NCBI GenBank assembly: GCA_031284365.1
Contig: JAISZX010000061.1
Span: 1-62,585 of the forward strand
Direction of reading: 5' to 3'
DNA length: 62,585 nt
Origin: Holosporaceae bacterium
GTDB taxonomy: Bacteria; Pseudomonadota; Alphaproteobacteria; UBA3830
In this document: positions 35,824 to 45,466 of the stretch, one piece after another
How the letters are laid out: every line of letters begins with the position of its first letter
Position numbering within the stretch: position 1 is the stretch's first letter
Notes under the pieces: model-generated
Databases searched by the model: none
Seen by the model: only the letters and a program-made list of their open reading frames with translations
What the model was told of the DNA's origin: nothing
Program-made: the position numbers and the translations under genes

Positions 35824-37276
35824 AAACTCTCGCTATTTCGTTCAAATCTGTGAGATGAAAATCGACAGCTTCCCTTGAAGATTTTTGAAAAGTTTTATCA
35901 AGTTTGCATACGCTGATATCTTCGCACCCGAGAATGTTTTTTTTTAACTCTTCAGAAAAATAAATGTACTCAGTTATCGGAAATCTACCGTGATATTCGC
36001 AGTTTGTTAGACGTCGAGCAAGACGTTGTGAAAAAATTCCGATGAGACTTGGTAAAAAATCAGATAATTTTAGTCCTAAATCCAACAATCTTCGAATTCC
36101 TTCGATTGGTGTAGCTGCGTGCAGAGTGGCGAGCACGAGTCGTCCAGTAAGTGATGCGCGAATAGCAGTTGCCGCTGTCGCTTCGTCTCTAATTTCCCCG
36201 ACTAGCATAACATCAGGGTCCTGTCGCAGAATTGATCGAACACCATCTGCAAAAGATAAAATTCCTTCTTCTCGCAAGTCAAGTTGTTTTATGCCATCAA
36301 TTTGATATTCAACAGGATCTTCCAGAGTCATTATATTGATCGATGCAGAATTTATTTCCTTTAATAGGGAATATAACGTAGTTGTTTTACCGGATCCGGT
36401 TGGTCCAACTATCAAAAATATTCCACTGGGAAAAGATATAACCTTCTTAAGCCACAAAAAATCATCACGGGAGAAACCTAGCTCAATCAATGACTTAATG
36501 CCATTTGATAAATCAAAGATTCGCACAACGAAATTCTCTCCAAAAATACTCGGATGTGTAGAAATTCTCAGGTCGATTATTCTTCCTGCCAAGTGAATGC
36601 GCGTATGTCCGCTCTGAGGTCGACGATTCTCCGTTATGTTAAGATTGGAAATTAATTTCAGCTTCGATTTCATGCGCATCCAAGAATCTAAATCTATGTT
36701 TTTTAAGACATATAGAATGCCGTCCACTCTTATGCGAACGCGAACAAAATTTTCTGATGGTTCAAAATGAATATCGCTCGCCTTGGATTCCATGGCTTCA
36801 AAAATTATTTTATTTAACAGAAGCAATGGATCTTTATCAATTAATTCTGCGTCGCATTTCATTATTTCTAGAAATCTCAAAATTTCCGTTTCTTTTGCAA
36901 TAAAAAATTCTATTTTTTTCTCTCTGAGAGATGAACTAATGGCGTCAATTGCACGTAAATCTCCTGGATCGGCGATTGCGATTTTTGCGCATTTGTCGTT
37001 GATCAAAAATGGGATAACCAAATGTTTTGCTGCTATATTGTACGGAATAGATGTTAGCGTTTTTTTATCTACATATAAAAATTCAAGACTAACGATTTTA
37101 ATTGAGTACAATTCTGATAGAATTTTCAGCAGATCATTTTCTTTTAAAAAACCGAGAGTTACTGCCAATTGTCCAAAAAGTAAGTCTGACTTCTTCTGTG
37201 ATTTTGCAACGATAAGGATTTGTTCTTTAGTCATTAATCCTCTGTTAAATAGTGTTTCTCCAATGCAGTTAACCAA
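35804..37276 (-). CDS. type II secretion / type IV pilus assembly ATPase (GspE/PilB family)
   Basis: N-terminal T2SSE_N-like domain. Walker A VGPTGSGKTTT; Asp box LEDPVEYQ; Walker B/His box DPDVMLVGEIRD ... TGRLVLATLHA. The tetracysteine motif is degenerate (only 3 scattered Cys). Confidence 0.9.
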   Translation of the reverse strand: MVNCIGETLFNRGLMTKEQILIVAKSQKKSDLLFGQLAVTLGFLKENDLLKILSELYSIKIVSLEFLYVDKKTLTSIPYNIAAKHLVIPFLINDKCAKIAIADPGDLRAIDAISSSLREKKIEFFIAKETEILRFLEIMKCDAELIDKDPLLLLNKIIFEAMESKASDIHFEPSENFVRVRIRVDGILYVLKNIDLDSWMRMKSKLKLISNLNITENRRPQSGHTRIHLAGRIIDLRISTHPSIFGENFVVRIFDLSNGIKSLIELGFSRDDFLWLKKVISFPSGIFLIVGPTGSGKTTTLYSLLKEINSASINIMTLEDPVEYQIDGIKQLDLREEGILSFADGVRSILRQDPDVMLVGEIRDEATAATAIRASLTGRLVLATLHAATPIEGIRRLLDLGLKLSDFLPSLIGIFSQRLARRLTNCEYHGRFPITEYIYFSEELKKNILGCEDISVCKLDKTFQKSSREAVDFHLTDLNEIARVFGNADI

Positions 37277-37347
37277 AATATCTCTCCGGACATAATTTTC
37301 TGTAATATTTTACTAAACGACTGGTAAGAAAAGGTTTAAAAATTTGC

Positions 37348-37375
37348 TTGACGACTACTATAGTGTATGTATATT
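37348..37375 (+). promoter_or_regulatory. candidate sigma-70-type promoter for trpS
   Basis: TTGACG (37348-53), a 16-nt spacer, then TATATT (37370-75), 30 nt upstream of the trpS ATG. Motif match only. Confidence 0.3.
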
Positions 37376-37404
37376 GTACACAGTTATTGTTGTGGTGGAT
37401 CAGT

Positions 37405-38403
37405 ATGAAAAAAGTTGTACTTACTGGAGATCGTCCGACCGGCAATCTTCATTTGGGGCATTTGGTTGGTTCCTTACAAAGCAGAGTAGAGTTGCAGCAT
37501 TGCTACGATCAGTATGTGATGATAGCTGATGTTCAAGCTCTTACTGATTATTTTGGTAATCCTCAGAAGGTGATAGATAATGTTTTGGAAGTGGTTGCCG
37601 ATTATATTGCAGTTGGTATAGATCCACAATTGACAACAATATTTATTCAGTCGCAGATTCCTGCCATTCCGGAATTAACTGCGTATTACATGAATTTAAC
37701 GTCTATTTCAAGGTTGGAGAGAAATCCAACTGTAAAAAATGAGATAGCCCAAAAAAACTTCGGAGAGTCAGTTCCGGTTGGTTTTTTCTGCTACCCGGTA
37801 AGTCAAGTATCTGATATCACTGCGTTTAAGGCTGAGTTAATTCCAGTTGGTGAGGATCAATTACCAATGATTGAATTATCAAACGAAATTGTTCGGCGTT
37901 TTAATAGGCTTTACAATACTGATTGCTTAAAAGAATCGAAGGCGTACCTAAGCAACGTAGGGCGTTTAGTTGGCATAGATGGAAAGGCGAAAGCAAGCAA
38001 GTCTTTGAATAATGCGATTTTTCTGAGCGACTCGTCGAAAATCATCAAGGAAAAAGTCTACTCCATGTTTACAGATCCTGGCCACACAAAAGTATCAGAT
38101 TCTGGAAAAGTAGAAGGTAATGTTGTATTTGCGTACTTGGATGCTTTTTACGAAGAAAAAGATGAGATATCATCACTAAAAGAGCGATATCAACGCGGAG
38201 GACTTGGAGATATGGTTCTAAAAGCGCTCTTAAACGATGTCTTGCAAAAAAAAATACAGCCAATACGCGAGAAAAGAGAAGCTTTGTCTAAAAAATATTT
38301 ACTGGAAATCTGTTTTGAAGGTACAAAAAAGGCAAATAGTGTTGCTCAAAACACGCTTTTCGAGGTAAAAAAAGCAATAGGAATCAATTATTTTGATATA
38401 TGA
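37405..38403 (+). CDS. trpS: tryptophan--tRNA ligase
   Basis: MKKVVLTGDRPTGNLHLGHLVG (HIGH-type motif), GEDQLPMIEL and KASKSLNNAIFL (KMSKS-type). The internal ATG at 37405 was chosen over the longer ORF start at 37348. Confidence 0.93.
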   Translation: MKKVVLTGDRPTGNLHLGHLVGSLQSRVELQHCYDQYVMIADVQALTDYFGNPQKVIDNVLEVVADYIAVGIDPQLTTIFIQSQIPAIPELTAYYMNLTSISRLERNPTVKNEIAQKNFGESVPVGFFCYPVSQVSDITAFKAELIPVGEDQLPMIELSNEIVRRFNRLYNTDCLKESKAYLSNVGRLVGIDGKAKASKSLNNAIFLSDSSKIIKEKVYSMFTDPGHTKVSDSGKVEGNVVFAYLDAFYEEKDEISSLKERYQRGGLGDMVLKALLNDVLQKKIQPIREKREALSKKYLLEICFEGTKKANSVAQNTLFEVKKAIGINYFDI

Positions 38404-38464
38404 ACTTGCTTTTTCAGTAAAAACGTTTCACACTCCGGAAGTGTATAAGATAGTGGAGTGTACT

Positions 38465-38737
38465 ATGAACAAATCTGAGTTAATTGATGCTGTATCAGGA
38501 GATAGCGGGTTGACAAAAACTGATACCGAAAGAGTCATCAATTCTTTCATTGCCGTTACGCAAAAAGCATTAAAAAAAAGAGATGACGTTTCTATTGTTG
38601 GGTTTGGAAGTTTTTTTGTAAAAGACACGGCCGGCAGAAGTGGAAGAGATTTCAAGACTGGTGCGCCTATCAGCATTCCTCCGGGAAAGTCTGTTCGTTT
38701 TAAGGCTGGAAAGAATCTGAAGGATGCAGTAAATTGA
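38465..38737 (+). CDS. hup: DNA-binding protein HU/IHF family
   Basis: MNKSELIDAVS...LTKTDTERVINSFI...VSIVGFGSFFVKDTAGRSGRDFKTGAPISIPPGKSVRFKAGKNLKDAV is canonical HU. GGAG lies 7 nt upstream. Confidence 0.93.
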   Translation: MNKSELIDAVSGDSGLTKTDTERVINSFIAVTQKALKKRDDVSIVGFGSFFVKDTAGRSGRDFKTGAPISIPPGKSVRFKAGKNLKDAVN

Positions 38738-38813
38738 GTTGTAGAAGTTAGTGGTTGTTTTTCGTAGTCACTGGTTTTTATGTCGTCGGTTTTTGGGGAA
38801 TGGAGTGTTTTGT

Positions 38814-39521
38814 ATGAAAAAAGTGCTGGTGCTTTCTGTTTTCTCGTTCGTGTTCGTTTTCGGCGAAGATGCTGGATCAGTTGACGGCAAACTAGAAACA
38901 TTGGATGAGTTTCTGCAGCTGGCTGATCCTGAGAAAAATATCAGCGGAGCTTACTATGGACTCGGCGTCGGCTTGTCTAAAATATCCCATGAACTGAAAG
39001 CTAAAGCTGTAAATGTTTCTGAGGAGAATCTCAGTAGTAATCGCAGCCAGTTTGATATTTCGTTAATTTGCGGTTTTGGATCTGCTTTTTACAAAAGATA
39101 CTACGCCGGAATTGAGATGGATTTTTTCAAGAGGGCATGCGGTGGTCGTAGTTATTCTGAAAACAAACGAGTGGGAATTTTTCATAACTCGACCGTTGGG
39201 CTCAATATGGATGTTAGGTTCGGGTATCTTTACCCGCAGCATGGATGTTTGGTTTATACAACTTTTGGTTTTTCAAGAGTTCTTGGGAGAGCGCTTTTAA
39301 ATCGTGGTTCTTACTATTCGGAGGGATCGTTTGGATCTTTTTATCCAACAATCGGATTTGGAGCTGAAAAGAAAATAAATCACATTTGGAACGTTCGTGC
39401 TGATTATCGTTTTTCAATAACGAACAAAGACGATAACAAGTATCTTACTGGCACTACATGGAAGTATGAAGCAAAACCAGAGAGGATGGCTTTCAGAATC
39501 TCCGTCACGAGAAGTATATGA
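38814..39521 (+). CDS. outer-membrane beta-barrel protein (OMP_b-brl / surface-antigen type)
   Basis: Signal peptide MKKVLVLSVFSFVFVFG, then alternating aromatic/Gly beta-strand pattern (YYGLGVGLS, FGSAFYKRYYAGIEMDF, VGLNMDVRFGY, IGFGAEKKI, WNVRADYRFS). Confidence 0.6.
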   Translation: MKKVLVLSVFSFVFVFGEDAGSVDGKLETLDEFLQLADPEKNISGAYYGLGVGLSKISHELKAKAVNVSEENLSSNRSQFDISLICGFGSAFYKRYYAGIEMDFFKRACGGRSYSENKRVGIFHNSTVGLNMDVRFGYLYPQHGCLVYTTFGFSRVLGRALLNRGSYYSEGSFGSFYPTIGFGAEKKINHIWNVRADYRFSITNKDDNKYLTGTTWKYEAKPERMAFRISVTRSI

Positions 39522-39569
39522 TAAATGCAATATATGCATTTGTATGAAATTTTATTTTTTAGGTGATGT

Positions 39570-41654
39570 TTGATTACTTCATCTGAGTTGATTGGCCTTG
39601 TAAAAGAATATGATCCTAGCGCGAATGGTGACTTAGTTCGAAAGGCTTATGTTTTTGCAATGGAGGCTCATGGCGTTCAAAAAAGAGCGTCTGGTGCTCC
39701 TTACTTTTATCATCCAGCAGAGGTTGCAAAATTTTTGGCTGAATTGAAGTTGGATGTGCAAACCGTTGTCACTGGTTTACTGCACGATGTCATAGAGGAT
39801 ACCAATGTAAATTACAAGGAATTAGAAGAAATTTTCGGAGCAGAAATTGCCTTTCTAGTAGAAGGAGTTACTAAGTTATCGAAAATTAATTACACATCTT
39901 CAAAGGCGCATCAGGCGGAAAATTTTCGAAAATTTTTACTTGCTATGTCCAAGGATATACGAGTGCTTATTGTGAAGCTTGTTGACAGACTCAACAATAT
40001 GCGTACGCTAAGTTACGTTACATCCATAGAAAAAAGAAAAAGAATCTCACTTGAAACTCTAGAGGTCTACGCTCCGTTGGCGGAACGCATAGGTATGAGC
40101 ATCATAAAAGACGAAATGGAAGATCTTGCATTTTATAATCTTCATCCACACGAATACAGTACAATTTCGCTGCGTCTTGATCAGATACGCAATAAGGATC
40201 ATAACTTTGTACAAAACACGATTTTGGAGATGAAAAAAGTTTTTAATGACGCAGAAATTAATGCAGAAATAAGTGGTAGAGAAAAGAAGGTCTATTCAAT
40301 ATGGAGGAAAATGCGACAGCGGAACGTTTCTCTTGAGCAGATAAACGATATAGTTGCGTTTCGCGTAATAGTTGATACTGTTCAGCAGTGCTATCTGTCG
40401 CTCGGAGTGATTCATATAAATTATCAGATTATGCCTGGTAGGTTTAAAGATTATATAAGCATTCCAAAATTAAATGGTTATCGTTCGCTGCATACAACTG
40501 TTATTGGTCCTCTGAAACAAGCAATAGAGGTGCAAATTCGAACAAAAGAAATGCATCGAGTTGCCGATGAAGGCGTTGCTGCTCACTGGTCGTATAAGAA
40601 CGATGAACTTATTGCAAAAAAAGATGAACAAAAAAATTATAGCTGGATCAAAAGCTTACTTACCATTCTTCAGACTTCCGGAAGTCCAGAAGAAATTATG
40701 GACAATTCGAAATTAGAGATATTTGAAAACGAAGTTTTTTGCTTTACCCCGAATGGTGATCTTATTACACTGCCGCGTGGAGCTACCAGTGTTGATTTCG
40801 CCTACGAAATTCACTCGGACATAGGAAATACATGTATCGGAGCAAAAGTTAATGGCAAAATTGCACCACTTAAAACTGTGCTTCGCAATGGAGATCAGGT
40901 TGAGATCATTACGTCACTGTACCAGCAGCCTGAAGCTTCATGGGAGAGGTTTGTTGTTACCGGTAAAGCGAGGGCGTGCATCAAAAAATTTATGAAAGCG
41001 CATGAGAAATCGGAATTTACATCTCTTGGATTACAATTAGTTAAATATATTTTTAATGAAATATATGGTGGATTTAGTGAAGATTTAATTGAATTAAAAA
41101 AATTCTCCTGTAGTTCTTTGGCAGAATTTTACTGTGATGTTGGAAAAGGAGTTATTCCGCTTGGTATAGTTCGCTCTGCTGTTTCTGGTTCAGAAAAGCA
41201 AGTGGACGTCAGCAATAATTATATATGTTTAATAGATTTTACTCCTGGAATTGCCGTACATTTTTCTGAGTGTTGTACTCCGATTTTAGGGGATAAAATA
41301 GTTGGTATTTTTGTTCCACAAAAAGGCATTGAGGTACACGCTACAAGCTGCGAATGCATCGAAGAATGCAAATCAGTGATGATAAAAGTAAAATGGAATC
41401 ATGAGGATGAAGCTGATGCAGCGTTTATCGTTAGATTACGTATAGTAATTCTAAATGAAACAGAAAGCTTCGCTGTTATTACAAATGTAATCAGCGAAAA
41501 TGGCGCCAGCATAACCAACATTAAGGTTGAGCATCGCTCCACAGAATTTTTCGACTTATTAGTGGATTTGAAGGTGAAAAGCGTAAACCACATCGGAGAG
41601 ATTCAGGCTGCACTAAGGACATGCTCAAATGTGAGGTCTGTTAGGAGGCTGTAG
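39570..41654 (+). CDS. spoT: bifunctional (p)ppGpp synthetase/hydrolase (RelA/SpoT homologue), full length
   Basis: TTG start with AGGTGA upstream. HD domain (HPAEVAKFL ... GLLHDVIEDT), synthetase region (REKKVYSIWRKM ... INDIVAFRVIV ... YRSLHTTV), and TGS and ACT-like C-terminus. Confidence 0.93.
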   Translation: MITSSELIGLVKEYDPSANGDLVRKAYVFAMEAHGVQKRASGAPYFYHPAEVAKFLAELKLDVQTVVTGLLHDVIEDTNVNYKELEEIFGAEIAFLVEGVTKLSKINYTSSKAHQAENFRKFLLAMSKDIRVLIVKLVDRLNNMRTLSYVTSIEKRKRISLETLEVYAPLAERIGMSIIKDEMEDLAFYNLHPHEYSTISLRLDQIRNKDHNFVQNTILEMKKVFNDAEINAEISGREKKVYSIWRKMRQRNVSLEQINDIVAFRVIVDTVQQCYLSLGVIHINYQIMPGRFKDYISIPKLNGYRSLHTTVIGPLKQAIEVQIRTKEMHRVADEGVAAHWSYKNDELIAKKDEQKNYSWIKSLLTILQTSGSPEEIMDNSKLEIFENEVFCFTPNGDLITLPRGATSVDFAYEIHSDIGNTCIGAKVNGKIAPLKTVLRNGDQVEIITSLYQQPEASWERFVVTGKARACIKKFMKAHEKSEFTSLGLQLVKYIFNEIYGGFSEDLIELKKFSCSSLAEFYCDVGKGVIPLGIVRSAVSGSEKQVDVSNNYICLIDFTPGIAVHFSECCTPILGDKIVGIFVPQKGIEVHATSCECIEECKSVMIKVKWNHEDEADAAFIVRLRIVILNETESFAVITNVISENGASITNIKVEHRSTEFFDLLVDLKVKSVNHIGEIQAALRTCSNVRSVRRL

Positions 41655-41659
41655 GAAAA

Positions 41660-41736
41660 TGGTGCGATCGGTTGGATTTGAACCTACGACCCCAGGATTA
41701 GGAATCCTGTGCTCTATCCAGCTGAGCTACGACCGC
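41660..41736 (-). tRNA. tRNA-Arg(CCU), CCA encoded
   Basis: The reverse complement reads GCGGTCG-TA-GCTC AGCTGGATA GAGC-A-CAGGA TTCCTAA TCCTG-GGGTC-GTAGG TTCAAAT CCAAC-CGATCGC-A-CCA. There is one A.A mismatch in the T-stem. Confidence 0.85.
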
Positions 41737-41819
41737 AACGATAGAAACTTACACAAAAAATGACTTTATCTCAAGATGCTTTAGAAGATTTACTTGTTCA
41801 CCTTACTAATTACACAGTT

Positions 41820-42911
41820 TTATGGTGTGCATTTTTGCTTTCCGTCTTGTGTTTGGGATGAATTTTGTGATTGGCTTTTCAAAAAAGTAATAATTCGACT
41901 ACCAATTCGACTAGCTGTTTTCCACAAGACCATGATGAGATCTACAACATTCGGTTCTTTCGGATATTCCATATACAGGTTGTGTTTACTTACAGCTCTT
42001 TCAAAGATATCAGAACAGAATGAATCATAGTGCTTTTTAAAAAAATCTCTTAAAAGATTTATTTGCTCTTTATTTGGGAAATAATACCACGGCAAAACAA
42101 GCATGTTAAAGTAATCAAAAGCAAATTTTTCCTGGTGGTCATCTAGTTTTATCGCTCCAATATTCGGAAATGTTAACGCTACCCCATTCAATAAATCTTT
42201 ATGTGGAATTATTTTTTGACCTCTGATGACGCTCAATAATGCACAATTTGTCCACCCACCATTGTAATCCGATCGTTCCAAAAAGTGGAATGAAGTATCA
42301 TGAAAAACGACTATTGCTCCTGCCTTTAAATATGGCAAAATTTGCAAAAAATCCAGAATTTCACCAGGATTACGATGCACAGTATCAATGAATACAAAAT
42401 CTATATCCCCTCCTATTTCATCCATAAATTTTGCAGTTATGTTTCCTGTATACAATCTCCAATTATTTTTCATTAAATGCGAAAAATATTTATGCACCAC
42501 AAAACCAACGGGTTTTGATGGGCATTTGTATACATTTTTACTTAAATCTATAGAATACAACTTCGCGCCGTATATATCTTTTATTGCGTTCAATATTACC
42601 ACAGAACTTCCTCCGGAGGAGACTCCGATCTCAACTATTTTTTTTGGTTTATATCTTCTTATCAAATAACTGAGAAATTTTGTTTCACTTTCAGACATTT
42701 CAACATAAAGTTTCGTTCTATCGAGAAGTGTAGCATCCTCTTTTTCGTCAGGAATATCTATATCGATAATTTCAACATTCGAAAAGTTATTGGTAAAGCA
42801 AAAGGTTACTGATATAGTCAATAACATGCATATTACAGCAATCGTCTTTATGTTACGGTAATCCAAAATACAAATTGTATCATAGAATCGTGGAAATAAT
42901 TTCAAAATCAT
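41820..42911 (-). CDS. membrane-anchored class I SAM-dependent methyltransferase (Methyltransf_24/O-MT-like)
   Basis: N-terminal TM; motif I IVEIGVSSGGSS; IDFVFIDTVH; VVFHDT. Confidence 0.6.
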   Translation of the reverse strand: MILKLFPRFYDTICILDYRNIKTIAVICMLLTISVTFCFTNNFSNVEIIDIDIPDEKEDATLLDRTKLYVEMSESETKFLSYLIRRYKPKKIVEIGVSSGGSSVVILNAIKDIYGAKLYSIDLSKNVYKCPSKPVGFVVHKYFSHLMKNNWRLYTGNITAKFMDEIGGDIDFVFIDTVHRNPGEILDFLQILPYLKAGAIVVFHDTSFHFLERSDYNGGWTNCALLSVIRGQKIIPHKDLLNGVALTFPNIGAIKLDDHQEKFAFDYFNMLVLPWYYFPNKEQINLLRDFFKKHYDSFCSDIFERAVSKHNLYMEYPKEPNVVDLIMVLWKTASRIGSRIITFLKSQSQNSSQTQDGKQKCTP

Positions 42912-43161
42912 AAGTTAGCTCCAGGTAATTTGCAACAACTACAGATCATTTATATCAAAAAACATTTTATATTTTGTAAAAAAAGTACAATATGCGAGTT
43001 TTTTTACAAATTTGTGAAAATTTCAACTAGAATAATATAGGCAACTGCTGGACATCTGTAAGTTAGAAGCGCTCAATAAAGTAACGAACATTTGTTTCTC
43101 TTTGAAATTTCAGATTAAAAAGGACCAGACATGTGATAAAGAAAACATTAATTTTTTACGT

Positions 43162-45291
43162 TTATCTCCAGCGTAGATTATAAACCTCCTGCTGTCCAAA
43201 GCTTTTGGCTAGAGAAATTACACCTACATATTCTGTGGAGTATCTTTCGTAATATTTGAGTCCTTTTTGCTCAAATTCATTGCGTTCATCGTTTGTTTCT
43301 CCGTATAAAAGTGACACAAATTGTTGCGTTGCGTATACCTGTCCAACTGCTGTGACGGGCTCGAGTCTTGCCGCTCTGTTAATGTGTCCGCCATAGAAAT
43401 TTGTTTTCTTGATGAATGGATCCTGCGCAATGAACACTGGCCCAGAATGCAACGATATCCTTGCCCGAATTGGAAATGGAAACTCCGGATATTTTAGCCC
43501 GAGATTTTCAATAATGTCGCAATATCTGAGTCCAAAATCAGCTATTTTCATGGAGCTGTCTGCAACAGCAAACACAGCATCTCCCCAAGTATTTAGCGAT
43601 TCCAGTGAAACACCAATTTTATCTATGGCCGCGTTAAGTTTTTCTAAAAAGTCCAGGAAAGACGGAATATGCTCGTCTTGTAGCTTACTATAGCCTGATA
43701 AATCAGAAAACATCATAGACTTTATGACGCGTTCAGGCGTTTTTGATATAAATGGATCAAAAGTTAATGAAAATTTTTGAGGTTGAACAAGAGAAAGGTC
43801 GATTTTATCGACATTTCCGCCGTTATCGCCCAATTCGTCCAGATCTATCAGGTGAAGCGTACTAATATTTGTCCATCTATCGATAAAATCTGCTGGACCT
43901 CCGGGAATCGCATCAGTTCTGGAATGCCAAACAGCCATTAAATGAGGCTCTGTGGTCAGAAATTTTCCTCGCATAACGGCGCTGCCGTGCATGACGTGAT
44001 TCGCGAACCTGTATAGCATGTCATGCCCAAGGTAGCGGTCTTCACAGGCAAAGCTGACAGAATGAGCACTTTCGAGAACTCGCTGAAATCTTTTTTCCCA
44101 GCGAGGCCCAGCGTGCCTCACATTTGTTTCAATGAAATCGGAAATAGCAAAGGGCAAAATAATGTTGACCTCTCCACCCAGGCTCTGAAGCGCCTCCATG
44201 AATATGATATCAGCGCCACAGGACGCCGAACTATATCCTATCTTTGCATTAATGGATTGTAATTTTTCCGTAATAATACGTTTGACATCGGCCTCAATTT
44301 CCTGTGGAAATAGCGATACCTGGAAGCTAGGGTGATCTATCGCATGTCCCGTAAACACAACAATCGTTGGAGGACTCAGAATTTCAAATGTTTTATTGGG
44401 GACCTTAAGACCAGCGTCTCTCAGAAAATACAACTGTTGTCGAGCAGTTACTATCGAAATATAACTTTCGCTGGCACTTTGCTTCATTGCTTCGCCATAA
44501 AGTTTGCAAGCATCGTCCTCGCGTCCAAGCAACAACTGAGCTTCAGCCAAATCTATCAGCTCATTAAATGATGCTTCGAGCCCGAAAGGAGGTAATAATT
44601 TCAGAACTTCTGCTGCCATCTGCTTAGCCTGAGCGTCTTCTCCGGTCACCCAGGAAAGCCACGCTGCGTGCATGCCTGTCCGCGTCTTCTTCTCTTTTTT
44701 GAAGGAAGCAAGGTACAACTCCCGCGATATTTCCAGATCTCGACAACTGCGAGAATATTTCCACGACTCGTTAAATATGTGACCGAGATTGGCGATAACA
44801 TCTGCGCGTCCTTCCGTGAGAAATTTGCTAGTCAAGAGATCTTCGATAGTAATAACCATCGTATTAGTTGCTTCGTCTTTCTGCGGAGTAATTCCAAGAA
44901 TTTGGTATATTAAGTTTTGAGACTCTTTGACTGCTCCTGTTTTCAGTAAAACAAGAGCGTATGCCTGGGCCAATCCAACATTGTTCGGATGTTTTTGAAA
45001 TGCCTTTTTAGCTATCACATGAGCTTTAAACATGTGCCCGGTAGCAATCAAGTTCGTTATCTGATCTTCAACTTCATTGCATGAAGCTTTCTCAAGTTTA
45101 TTTTCTTCAGAATCGTCATCACTTAGATCAGTATCGTCAACTGGAGTCTCTACGGCTGTGGTTTTTTTCTGTGAAGAGGTTGCTGGCGCATCCGAGCTAT
45201 CCACTGGATTACACTCACTGGACGTCTGATTTTCTTCCTTGTTTTCCCCAGTGTTTTCAGTATCTTCTGTCACGTTTCCTTCTTTTTTCAC
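43162..45291 (-). CDS. multidomain signalling protein: acidic N-terminus, TPR-like region, Rossmann-like middle domain, class III nucleotide cyclase
   Basis: The C-terminal about 190 aa read MFSDLSGYSKL ... WGDAVFAV ... ISLHSGPVF ... YGGHINRAARLE ... GQVYATQQF, which are the class III cyclase metal-Asp, GD and NxxxR motifs. The middle domain reads IVVFTGHAID ... SSASCGADIIFMEALQSLGGEVNIILPF. Confidence 0.7.
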   Translation of the reverse strand: MKKEGNVTEDTENTGENKEENQTSSECNPVDSSDAPATSSQKKTTAVETPVDDTDLSDDDSEENKLEKASCNEVEDQITNLIATGHMFKAHVIAKKAFQKHPNNVGLAQAYALVLLKTGAVKESQNLIYQILGITPQKDEATNTMVITIEDLLTSKFLTEGRADVIANLGHIFNESWKYSRSCRDLEISRELYLASFKKEKKTRTGMHAAWLSWVTGEDAQAKQMAAEVLKLLPPFGLEASFNELIDLAEAQLLLGREDDACKLYGEAMKQSASESYISIVTARQQLYFLRDAGLKVPNKTFEILSPPTIVVFTGHAIDHPSFQVSLFPQEIEADVKRIITEKLQSINAKIGYSSASCGADIIFMEALQSLGGEVNIILPFAISDFIETNVRHAGPRWEKRFQRVLESAHSVSFACEDRYLGHDMLYRFANHVMHGSAVMRGKFLTTEPHLMAVWHSRTDAIPGGPADFIDRWTNISTLHLIDLDELGDNGGNVDKIDLSLVQPQKFSLTFDPFISKTPERVIKSMMFSDLSGYSKLQDEHIPSFLDFLEKLNAAIDKIGVSLESLNTWGDAVFAVADSSMKIADFGLRYCDIIENLGLKYPEFPFPIRARISLHSGPVFIAQDPFIKKTNFYGGHINRAARLEPVTAVGQVYATQQFVSLLYGETNDERNEFEQKGLKYYERYSTEYVGVISLAKSFGQQEVYNLRWR

Positions 45292-45466
45292 TTACCCAAT
45301 AAAAATGATATAATAAAAATGTTTATAGAAAGTTAATTCAATACCGGTATTGTTATGTTACAGAAAAAACACACTATAAAACAAAAAACAAGAAAACAAT
45401 GAAATGGTTTTGTTTTTGATTTTTTTGCAACTTATTCTAATAACTGCTTTTTTAATAGGATGTTAT

